NCBI GenBank assembly: GCA_965224085.1
Contig: CBDCYI010000011.1
Span: forward strand, 1,504,001 to 1,568,000
From: Candidatus Marinacidobacterales bacterium
Lineage (GTDB): Bacteria > Acidobacteriota > Vicinamibacteria > Marinacidobacterales > SMYC01
Reading direction: 5' to 3'
Length of the DNA stretch: 64,000 nucleotides
Part shown: one piece after another, positions 41,911 through 50,810 of the stretch
Position numbering within the stretch: the stretch's first letter is position 1
Layout: each line of letters starts with the position of its first letter
Translations under genes and position numbers: made by a program
The notes under the pieces: model-generated
The model's input: the letters and a program-made list of their open reading frames with translations, nothing else
Database searches by the model: none
What the model was told of the DNA's origin: nothing

Positions 41911-42966
41911 CTAGTTTTCGAGCTCCGAGTCGATAATGCTCTGGAAGGCCTCGAAGGGCTGAGCACCCGACAAAAATCGGCCGTTGATGAAGAATGCCGG
42001 CGTTGCGTCCACACCAAGAGCACCACCCTGCTCATAGTCGGCCAGAACGGTCTCGCGAAACTCTCCAGAGTCGAAGCACTGGTTGAACGCCTGTTCGTCG
42101 AGCCCGAGTTCGGACGCAAATTGCTTCAGGTTGTCCTTTCCGAGTGCTCGTTGATTCTCGAAAATCTTGTCGTGGTACTCCCAGAACTGCCCTTGTGCGT
42201 GCGCGCAAAGAGCAGCTTCCGCGGCGGGCTGCGCCTGCGGATGATTGGGAAGGGGGAAATCACGATAGACGAGACGAACCTTGTCGCCGTACGTGCTTTC
42301 AATCTGCTTAAGGGCCGGACCGACCCGCGCGCAGTACGGTCATTGAAAGTCGGAATATTCGACGATCGTCACCTCCGCGTCCACCGAGCCCCTGATGCGT
42401 TCGTTCGATGCCACCGTGACGGGCACGCGAGGCGGCGACAACGTGACACGCACGCTCGCCTCATCGCGAAGCGTATCGATGTAGCTCTCTCGGACGATGC
42501 CCTCATTCCGATTCTCCATGAATTCACGAATCTGCGGGCCGACCTGCGCGAGCGTCTGACCCCGGAGGCGTGACTCGTTCTGCTCGTAAAAGGCCTCGAT
42601 GTCCTCGTCGGTCACCGGAGTCACCTGCGACGTGATTTCCTGCTCGACGAGCTCATCCACTGTGATACTGCGCGCTTCGGCTTCACGGGCCAAGAGCGCG
42701 TCCGCAAGGAGTTCTCCGAGCGCGGCACGACGGGCATCGTATAGGTCCTGGAAAATCTTGAGGTTCGTTGCCAGGACCTTTTGATCCAGCTCGAACATCG
42801 TGATCTCGCGATCGCCGATCTGAGCGACTATGCTGTCGACGCTCCCACCCGAGGCTTTAACGACTTCGGCGTGGGTCTGCGACTGCGACGCCGTGCCGCA
42901 GGCGACGGATAGAAGCAAAGCGCCGGCCAGGACCATTGTACTCAGACGGCAGAGTTTGACTCGCAT
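41911..42966 (-). CDS. DsbA-family thiol:disulfide oxidoreductase lipoprotein, selenoprotein (UxxC)
   Basis: EYSDFQ-TGA-PYCARV; frame stays open 142 more codons with YRDFPL, AAEAA, FWEYHD, TPAFFING to TAG at 41911. Confidence 0.9.
42312..42326 (-). promoter_or_regulatory. bacterial SECIS-like hairpin
   Basis: GGGUC-GGUCC-GGCCC starting 13 nt after the UGA; loop begins with G. Confidence 0.65.
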
Positions 42967-43016
42967 AAACGGGACTCTCCTTTTGATCCACCCAGGTTAG
43001 CACAATGTAAACGTCG

Positions 43017-43051
43017 CCGCCCAGCCGCCCCCGCCCAGCCGCCCCCGCCCA
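43017..43051. repeat. 14-bp tandem repeat (2.5 copies), G-rich on the minus strand
   Basis: (CCGCCCAGCCGCCC)x2 + CCGCCCA in a divergent promoter region. Confidence 0.8.
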
Positions 43052-43079
43052 CAAACTTGCTACAATCACACTAAGCGTT

Positions 43080-43492
43080 ATGTCGAGTGCAAGAATTATC
43101 GTCGCGCTCATCCTCGCGGCGTTGCCGGTCGCGGCTAGCCCGGCTGTCTTCGGAGAAAAACCCAAGCTCGTGCTCAAAGCGCCGAGGCTCCAGATGCTCA
43201 AACCCGGGCTGGCAGCGCAAGGGTTCGGCAAACGCGTCGACGTCCGAGCTCGTCTCGAAGGTGATCCTGACGATCCCGAGACCTACTATTGTCTTGACGA
43301 GATTTGGGATTGGGGTGACGGCACGGAGTCCGTGAGCGAGCCCGATTGCGACCCCTTTGAAGAGGGCACGGACCTCAAAATGAACTTCATGGATACCCAT
43401 TATTTCGGCCCGGCCGGTGGGTCATCACTCTGGCGCTCATGGAGGACGACGATGTCGTCCTCGAGGGACGTCTCGAGATCCGCATCTTTTAG
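43080..43492 (+). pseudogene. secreted PKD-like hypothetical protein, frameshifted near 43411
   Basis: WDWGDGT motif; restoring one G gives HYFGPGRWVITLALMEDDDVVLEGRLEIRIF*. Confidence 0.6.
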
Positions 43493-43558
43493 CTCCAGGT
43501 GCTGCTGGTGACAAGCACGTCGGTACGGCGTTCGCTTCAGGCCTGGCCGAGCCGGTTT

Positions 43559-43586
43559 TAAACCTTTCCCGGAAAAGCCTCGTCAT
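43559..43586 (+). promoter_or_regulatory. ECF-type promoter (probably autoregulatory)
   Basis: AAC-N17-CGTC upstream of the ECF sigma gene. Confidence 0.55.
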
Positions 43587-43643
43587 ATCCGAATCAAGAG
43601 CGTGGCGGATGGGCCGCCATGTGGATGGCCGTCGGGAGGCTAA

Positions 43644-44257
43644 TTGAGTAATCTGAGCTCGGTGGCCAGCTTCGACAAGAGCAAACCGGCCCCGTTGGCG
43701 CGGCTGGACGCCCAGGAGAGGCGCGCCGAAGACGAGCGCCTCGTGGCGCGACTGCGGGCGGGAGATGGCGAGGCCTCGAGGCGCTCTATCGGCGTCACAG
43801 CTCGGGTGTCTTTGGCCTGGCGCTCAGAATGCTTCAAAACCGCGCCGATGCCGAGGATCTGCTGCAGGAGATCTTTTTGCAGGCCTACGACAAAATCGAC
43901 AAGTTCGAAGGCCGCTCCGCCTTCGGCACTTGGCTCTATCGACTCGGCGTCAATCGCTGCCTCGACCATCTCCGGAGCCGTAGCGCCAAAGAACAGTCTC
44001 GAACGGAGCCCTTGGGCCCGACACTCCCCGGCCGAGCCGGAAGCGGCACCCGGAAGCTAGAGCTCGAACGCGCGATCGGGGAGCTTCCTCCCTCGAGCCG
44101 CGCCGCTTTCCTGCTCCACGACGTCGAGGGCTATGAACACAAAGAAGTGGGCGAGATCCTCGGAATCGCTGTGGGAACGTCGAAGTCCCTCGTCCATCGC
44201 GCGCGTATGAAACTACGGACACGTTTGTATCCAAGCGCCGCGGGAGAAACATCATGA
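43644..44257 (+). pseudogene. ECF RNA polymerase sigma factor, frameshifted near 43775
   Basis: GDGEA|LEALYRRH...DAEDLLQEIF...FGTWLYRL...GTSKSLVHRAR; one C missing, may be a sequencing error. Confidence 0.85.
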
Positions 44258-45210
44258 CAGAAGATGCATTCACCGAGCAGCTGAGCGATTACATCGACAG
44301 AGAGCACGGGCTGGGAGAGCGGGAAGCTCTCGAAAGTCATCTCGAGCAGTGCACGGATTGTCGGACTGTGCTCGGGCAGCTACGTGCCGTACGCCGAGAC
44401 GCGAAGACGCTCACGCGCCATGCCCCCGCCGAGCAGGTGTGGGTCGCCATTGCAGAATCTATCCGTACCGGCGAGCGCACCCGGTCGCGAAGGTCTTATT
44501 TTCACACCGGGCTCGCCGCGGCCGCCGCCGTCGTTGTCGGCGTGAGCCTCTTGGTCGCGCTTCGTCCGTCGAACGAGATTCGGATGGCCGACTTAGCGAA
44601 CGACGATCCGGCTGCGCTCGCGAACTTGGTGACGGACGAGCTCCGAGCCGCGGAGATTCATTATGAAAACGCGATCAAGGGGCTCGAACAAATCATCGAG
44701 CACAACGAAGGCACGCTCCCGAACGAGCTGAACGGAACGATGAACGAGAGTCTCGACGTCATCGAGCAGGCCATCACGGAGAGCCGTGAAGCCATGGCGA
44801 CGGAGCCGGGGAGCTCGGCCGCCCAAGAAAGCCTTCTCGAAGCTTTCCGGCGTAAAGTCGATCTTCTTCAGAATACCATTCTGCTCATCAACGAAGTTCG
44901 CAAGGGCGAGGGTCAAAACGCCCTCGACTTGATAGACGAAATCTGTGGATCGGACGACCCATCGGATGAAACGAGTGCCAGACAAGAAAGACATGCCAGA
45001 CAAGAAAGACATGAAAAAGATACGATTCACAACCACGTTACTGATTGGCGCCGTTCTGACGGCAGGCATGAGCGTCGCGCAGGACCGCGAAGAGCGGATC
45101 TCGCAGACGTTCGATATCGGCCCCAATGGAGAGTTTTCTCTTTCCAACATCTCCGGAGACATCCGTGTTTCTGGAACTTCCGGGAATCAAGTGACGATCG
45201 AGGCGGTTAA
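44254..45210 (+). CDS. zf-HC2 anti-sigma factor (3' end probably read through)
   Basis: LSDYID...HLEQCTDC, TM helix, helical periplasmic part; last about 65 codons overlap the next gene. Confidence 0.8.
   Translation: MTEDAFTEQLSDYIDREHGLGEREALESHLEQCTDCRTVLGQLRAVRRDAKTLTRHAPAEQVWVAIAESIRTGERTRSRRSYFHTGLAAAAAVVVGVSLLVALRPSNEIRMADLANDDPAALANLVTDELRAAEIHYENAIKGLEQIIEHNEGTLPNELNGTMNESLDVIEQAITESREAMATEPGSSAAQESLLEAFRRKVDLLQNTILLINEVRKGEGQNALDLIDEICGSDDPSDETSARQERHARQERHEKDTIHNHVTDWRRSDGRHERRAGPRRADLADVRYRPQWRVFSFQHLRRHPCFWNFRESSDDRGG
44976..45013. repeat. 18-bp tandem duplication
   Basis: TGCCAGACAAGAAAGACA x2 at the anti-sigma/DUF4097 junction. Confidence 0.85.
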
Positions 45211-45658
45211 ACGTCTTCATGGGCGCGGCGATCGTGATCTTCTCAACAGCGTCGAGGTAGACATTTCCCACCAAGGCGATCGCATACGTGTCGAGACGCG
45301 TTACCCGCGCAATGAACGGCGCGGTGACGACGACCACCGGCATGGCCATGGCGGTGTCTCCGTCGACTATCGCGTCACCTTGCCCGTTGGGACAGAAGTC
45401 GAGATAGGCTCAGTCTCGGGCGATGTGATGCTCGAGGGAGTCGATGGCGAGACGAGCGTGACCTCCGTGAGCGGTGAGGTCGAAGTGAGCGACGTCGCGA
45501 ACCTCGTGCAAGCGAAGTCGGTCTCCGGAGAAGTGGACGTTCGTAACGCTCGTTCCGACGACGATGTCGATATCGCGAGCGTCAGCGGAGACGTCACGAT
45601 CAACTCTATCGAGGCCGAAGAGCTCTCGATCTCGAGTGTCAGCGGTGACGTCCGCATC
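45011..45658 (+). pseudogene. DUF4097 beta-strand-repeat protein, 3'-truncated
   Basis: Signal peptide, SVDYRVTLP, repeated SVSGDV; collides with the phoA 3' end. Confidence 0.8.
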
Positions 45659-47153
45659 CACCTGGGCCACGTCCGAACGTGAGCACGGGCTCCATCGTGT
45701 GTCCTCCGGTCGCCCAAACGACGAATGTGTGCGGAGAAAGGCGACGGCCAAGAAGACAGGCCGGGTTGCTGTCTTGGTCACCATAGAAGTGACGGAAATC
45801 CTCGAATGTGTGCGGAGAAAGGCGACGGCCAAGAAGACAGGCCGGGTTGCTGTCTTGGTCACCATAGAAGTGACGGAAATCCTCGATCCAAGCGTTTCCG
45901 TCGGCGTCGCGGACGAGAGCTTCTTTCGCTTCCTGGATCGTCATCTCGAATCCGGTGTGGGTTCGTACCGCCTCGACGAGGCTCTCGGGAGAGCCCTTCG
46001 CCTTGTCGAGAATGTAGTTGTAGGATGCGGATTGACGGCCGAGCGCCACCAGTTGCTCCCAAGCGGGATATCGATGGTGGGGCGCATAGCCGAGACCGCT
46101 CGGAAGCTCCCATCCCGAAGGGCGGCCGCCGAAGTCGCCATAGCTGAACGAGAACCCACCGGTGCCGTGATCCGCCGTCACCATGACGAGCGTGTCCGGA
46201 TGCCGCGCCTGGAAATCGAGCACGGCCCCGAGCGCTTCATCGAAGTCGATAATCTCGTGGAGCATCGTCCCGGCGTCGTTGTCGTGCCCGCCATAGTCGA
46301 TGCGACCTCCTTCCACCATCAGAAAAAAGCCACCCTCCGCGCGTGAAAGCACGTCGAGCGCGGCCGACGCCATTTCCTTCAAGCTCGGCACCGACTCGAG
46401 CCCCATCGCTCGCGTATCCACCACGTAGGGCAGATGCGACGCGGCAAAAAGGCCGAGCAGCTTATCCGCTTTTGGCGACGCTTCCGCGAGCCCCATGCGA
46501 TCCGAGACGACGACATAACCCTTCGTCTTCGCTTCGGCGATGCGGTTCACGTCGTCCTGTCGATTCGAGCCACCGTCTACTTCTTCGACGATACCCGGCA
46601 GAAAATCCGAAACGGGCCGACCCGAGGGCACGAGCGCCCGAGCACCTCCTCCCAATAACACGTCGACGTCGTACCCGGTCAGCACGTCGTCCAGAATCGC
46701 GGGTTCGGGGTTGTAGCGCGACACTTGGTGTGCCGCGAAGGCCGCGGGGGTCGCGTGGGAGAGACGCATGTTAGAGACGAGCCCCGTCGCAAGACTACGT
46801 TTCTTGGACGCCTCCAGAATCGTCTCGACGACGTAGCCATCGGAGCTCAAGCTTAACGTCTCGTTTCGGGCCTTCCGCCCCGTGGCCAGCTGCGAAGCCG
46901 CGGCGGCTGAATCGGTGACCGTGCTGCGATAAGGGGTTGGCATCGAATAGCCGGTGTTGCCGTCATTCATCACAACCTCGAGGTACAGTTTTCGGCCCTC
47001 CACCATGTTGGCGTATTGGAGGCCGAACGCGGTTTGAGCCGCACCGAGTCCGTCGCCGATGAGCAGGACCACGTTCTTTGCGCGAGGGGCCTCTCGCGCG
47101 CCCATCGGGACACTCGAGAGCAATATCGTCAGAACGAGCAAGAGCGAGCGCAT
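45659..47153 (-). pseudogene. phoA: alkaline phosphatase with a 27-aa duplication and clipped C-terminus
   Basis: LIGDG, TDSAAA, HATPA, VEGGRID..GH, TADH, GGHT motifs; native end missing after GRGPG. Confidence 0.85.
45722..45886. repeat. 81-bp exact tandem duplication inside phoA
   Basis: EDFRHFYGDQDSNPACLLGRRLSPHTF encoded twice. Confidence 0.95.
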
Positions 47154-47233
47154 GATCGGTAAAAGCTCCTTCCCAAAAAGGGCCAGGTGACATCCATGGC
47201 GCGAGACATTCTATACAAGGCGCTGTTGAGCCA

Positions 47234-47914
47234 ATGCGACGTTTCGATATTTTCGAGCCCCTTCCCGGAATCTGGTGCGTCCAGCATCGCCCGAGCAAGA
47301 GCACCGCCTACATTATCAAAACGTTCCCTGGCGCCGTTCTCATCGATACCGGGCCCGACGCATCCGCCGCCTCAGTGATGATGGAGCTTCAGGGCGCCCG
47401 CGTCGGGCTATCCTCCGTCCGGCTCTTAGCACTCACCCACTGGCATTTCGACCAATCCGCAGGGGCGGCCGCGCTAAACAAGCGCTCGGGAACACGCGTG
47501 CGCTACGCGGAGGCGGAGGCTCTTTTTCTGACCGGTCAGCGCGAGGCGAGGTTCTGGGCACGCCAAAGGCACCCGAAGGTCTCGCCGATCACAGCCGACG
47601 GCTTCGTTATAGACGGTGAGACGCTCGAAGGCGGCCTCGAAGCCATCGCCACTCCCGGACATACCGACGGACACGTTGCCTACTACTTGGAGACACGAGG
47701 CATTCTCTTCGCGGGCGACGCCTTCACCGTGACGCACAAGGGCGAAGTAGAGGTCGACGACGAAGCGCGCGCGTCCGCGGCCCGCTGCCTCGAGCGACCT
47801 ATCGAAGTTCTCTTGCCCCCCTATGGCCGCCCCGTCACTAACCGTCGTGCCATCAACGCTCTGCGAGAACGACTGAGAAAGTTAAGTTCGGGCCCTACGC
47901 ATCGAACGCGTTGA
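47234..47914 (+). CDS. MBL-fold metallo-hydrolase
   Basis: LIDTG, THWHFDQ, TPGHTDGH, LFAGD. Confidence 0.85.
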   Translation: MRRFDIFEPLPGIWCVQHRPSKSTAYIIKTFPGAVLIDTGPDASAASVMMELQGARVGLSSVRLLALTHWHFDQSAGAAALNKRSGTRVRYAEAEALFLTGQREARFWARQRHPKVSPITADGFVIDGETLEGGLEAIATPGHTDGHVAYYLETRGILFAGDAFTVTHKGEVEVDDEARASAARCLERPIEVLLPPYGRPVTNRRAINALRERLRKLSSGPTHRTR

Positions 47915-48932
47915 TTCTGTCGATGAACTGTCGCAGGCGGCCGAAATCGTGCCGGTTGAAATCGAGCTCGAGGCGTGCGAGCCCGTGGAGATGAGTCCCG
48001 AGCTCTTGGCGAAGAGGCTGACTTCGCGTGATCTCGCCTGAACGGAGCACATCCTGAAAGCCGTCATTCAGGGTCGTGATCTCGTCGTCCGTGAGGTCGC
48101 GCTCGAGCCGAAACACGAGCTTGTCGCCGACATAGCGGGACGAGTGGTAGACGCGATAAAAGAGCATGACCTCGTCGACCGCTTCCTTTGGGTTTTTCAC
48201 GATACGAAAAAGAGACAGGTCTTGCTGAGAGATGAGACCGTGACCCAGCATACGCTGCTCGATGAACCGGCCCAGGTCTCTGAAATAGCCGGTCTCCGGG
48301 CTTTCGACCATCACGACCGGCAAAGGCGTCTGCTTGCCGGTCTGGAGCAGAGTCAGGACCTCGAAGCACTCGTCGAGGGTCCCGAACCCACCCGGAAACA
48401 GGACGACGGCACGGGATTCTTTTAACAAAAAGAGCTTCCGGGTGAAGAAGTAGCGGAAGCTCATGAGCTTCTTTTGGTCGCCGCGAATGGTCTCGTTCGC
48501 AGACTGTTCGAACGGGAGCTTGATATTGACACCGATGCTCAAACTTCGCCCGGCGCCTTCGTGAGCGGCGCCCATGATGCCGCTTCCCGCGCCGGTGACG
48601 ACCATCCAGCCCGCCTCGGCCATGAGTCTGCCGAACTCGACCGCCCGCTCGTGATCGCCGTGCTCCGGCAGTGTGCGCGCCGACCCGAATACCGTCACTT
48701 TGCGGGCCCGGCGAAACGGCGTGAACATTTTGAAGGCCCGGCGCATCTCCTTGAGCGCCGCGTTCGCAATCTTCAGGTCAACGTACTTCGCGCAGTCGAT
48801 GCCGAGCCGAAGAGCGGTCGTTGCCATTTCATAAACGGAACGCCGTTCCGCATCCGTGCAGCATTGGTTGACGAGTGCCCTGAGCTTGCCGTCGAGCTCA
48901 GGGTCCCCCGTGGAGTATCGTGATTCGCGCAT
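47895..48932 (-). CDS. LOG-family protein (TIGR00730-like)
   Basis: TVFGSAR, TGAGSGIM, YFFTRK, PGGFGTLDE. Confidence 0.9.
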   Translation of the reverse strand: MRESRYSTGDPELDGKLRALVNQCCTDAERRSVYEMATTALRLGIDCAKYVDLKIANAALKEMRRAFKMFTPFRRARKVTVFGSARTLPEHGDHERAVEFGRLMAEAGWMVVTGAGSGIMGAAHEGAGRSLSIGVNIKLPFEQSANETIRGDQKKLMSFRYFFTRKLFLLKESRAVVLFPGGFGTLDECFEVLTLLQTGKQTPLPVVMVESPETGYFRDLGRFIEQRMLGHGLISQQDLSLFRIVKNPKEAVDEVMLFYRVYHSSRYVGDKLVFRLERDLTDDEITTLNDGFQDVLRSGEITRSQPLRQELGTHLHGLARLELDFNRHDFGRLRQFIDRINAFDA

Positions 48933-49038
48933 TGGTCCGCTTTCTACTTTCGACGATCTGCTGGAACGTTCTATACCTAACTTAGCAAATCGCGGTGGTC
49001 TCGGTCCTGTATCATGTCCATAGGGAAAGATCGTCAAC

Positions 49039-49866
49039 GTGGCAGAGAAGTGGGCGAGGAGTAAAAAGGACGTCGGCATAAGTGGTTCTTCCGTTCGTGC
49101 CTCGCTCCGCGGCGCGTATCTGACCATTGCGGGCACTCTCGCGAGAGAGCCCAAAGGAGACTTTCTCCACTGCCTCTATCTGCACGGCGTTTACGACGAT
49201 CAAGTCGAGAACTTCAGGTCCGTGCTCGACGCGCTACTCGATATCGGCCGCTTCATCGGGACTAGCGAAGTCTTCGACATCCTCGAAGATCGCGCCAAGC
49301 TGAACGGTCGCCTATTCCACTTGTCTTTCGACGATGGATTCGACAACAACTATCGCAACGCTTTCCCGTCATTGTCGGAACGCGGCATTCATGCCGCGTT
49401 CTTCGTTCCCTCGACTCTCGTCGGCGCATCCAACGCTTTCGTCTTGGAACATTGGTGGGCGCCCGAGCAATCGCCGACCCGCTTCATGACGTGGAGTCAA
49501 GTTCGGGAGCTCTCGGATTGCGGTCACGAGATCGGAAGCCACACGCGCACGCATAAAAGACTGCGCTCCGAAGAACAACGTCCAGACCAGCTCCGCGATC
49601 AGATACGCGGATCGAAGCAGGAAATCGAAGACCAACTCGGCTCCGCGTGTCGATACATCGCATGGCCGTTCGGAACCGCGCGGGATATCGACGACGCGGC
49701 GCATAGAGAGATCATAGCGGCGGGCTATGACGGCAGCTTCAGCGCCGTTCGCGGATCGGCGTCACCGGAAACGTCCCGCTACTCGGTCCCGAGGCACCAT
49801 TTTGAGGCCGATTGGAGCTGGCCGCACGTGCGTTATTTCGCGCTCGGAAATGGCGCCACAAGCTGA
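49039..49866 (+). CDS. polysaccharide deacetylase (NodB/CE4)
   Basis: LSFDDG, GSHTRTH, AWPFG. Confidence 0.9.
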   Translation: MAEKWARSKKDVGISGSSVRASLRGAYLTIAGTLAREPKGDFLHCLYLHGVYDDQVENFRSVLDALLDIGRFIGTSEVFDILEDRAKLNGRLFHLSFDDGFDNNYRNAFPSLSERGIHAAFFVPSTLVGASNAFVLEHWWAPEQSPTRFMTWSQVRELSDCGHEIGSHTRTHKRLRSEEQRPDQLRDQIRGSKQEIEDQLGSACRYIAWPFGTARDIDDAAHREIIAAGYDGSFSAVRGSASPETSRYSVPRHHFEADWSWPHVRYFALGNGATS

Positions 49867-50633
49867 TGCGCATCGTCATCATCACCGCATTGCGCCACGG
49901 CACGGCCAGTCGTTGCCTTCCTTCGCTCGCAGCGCATCGCGAGATCGATGTCGCGCTGGTTATTCGTACCGAGCGGCAATACCGCACGCGGGGACGAAAG
50001 CTGCGGCGCGACGTCAAGAAGATCCTGCGCATCGGCCCCATCGGCGCTCTCATGGGACGCCACTTGCGTTCGTGGTACGAGGGTCCGAAAACGGAGGATC
50101 TCGAGGCTTTGGCGCGCCGTGAAGGCGTGCGTTACGAGCAAACGCCACTTGCGAACGGAGATGAAACGGTCGAGCTCATGCGATCGGCCGACGCCGATCT
50201 CGGGCTATCCCTCGGAAACGGGTATTTGTTCCCAAAGGTCTTTCGCGTCCCGAAGCTCGGCACGGTCAACGTCCACGGGGAGGTTCTACCGGAATTTCGC
50301 GGAGGCTCGAGCGTCATCTGGCCGATCTACGAAGGCGTCCGGGAAACAGGGCTTACCGTCCATCGCATGGACGAGAGGATCGACACAGGCGAGATTCTCC
50401 ATCGGGAGCGCTTCCCCATCGCTTTCAAGGACAGTCTGCGCGAAACGGTGGAGCACAACGCGGCCGAGATCTCGCGACGTATTCCGGGAGCGCTCGTCCA
50501 CGTGATCACGCACTTCGACGAGCTCGTCGCGAAACAAGTACCCCAAGGCATCGGACGCAACTATACTACCCCCACATTCCGCCAATATCGCCGCATGGTA
50601 CGCCAACACGACCGACTTTCCTCTGGCCTCTAA
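49866..50633 (+). CDS. formyltransferase family protein
   Basis: NVHGEVLPEFRG, GLTVHRMDERIDTGEI. Confidence 0.88.
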   Translation: MRIVIITALRHGTASRCLPSLAAHREIDVALVIRTERQYRTRGRKLRRDVKKILRIGPIGALMGRHLRSWYEGPKTEDLEALARREGVRYEQTPLANGDETVELMRSADADLGLSLGNGYLFPKVFRVPKLGTVNVHGEVLPEFRGGSSVIWPIYEGVRETGLTVHRMDERIDTGEILHRERFPIAFKDSLRETVEHNAAEISRRIPGALVHVITHFDELVAKQVPQGIGRNYTTPTFRQYRRMVRQHDRLSSGL

Positions 50634-50810
50634 CTAGTTCCTGTCCAGAAACACCATAACTTGTGGTGTACGAGAGGCCTATCGAAGATGTGGGTATTAT
50701 ACGTTTTCAGTCGGCACCTCGTAGGCTCGGAAGCGAATGAAAATCTTGGACGAAACGAGAGGCGAATCGTCAGCAATCCATGGCTATAAACGCAGTAAGA
50801 GCAATCATTA

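Noticed and set aside
41602-42573. 323-aa plus-strand ORF
   Set aside because: Antisense shadow of the DsbA selenoprotein C-terminal half; no motifs
45722-45886. 81-bp repeat as a CRISPR array
   Set aside because: Two adjacent identical copies, no spacers, in frame within phoA
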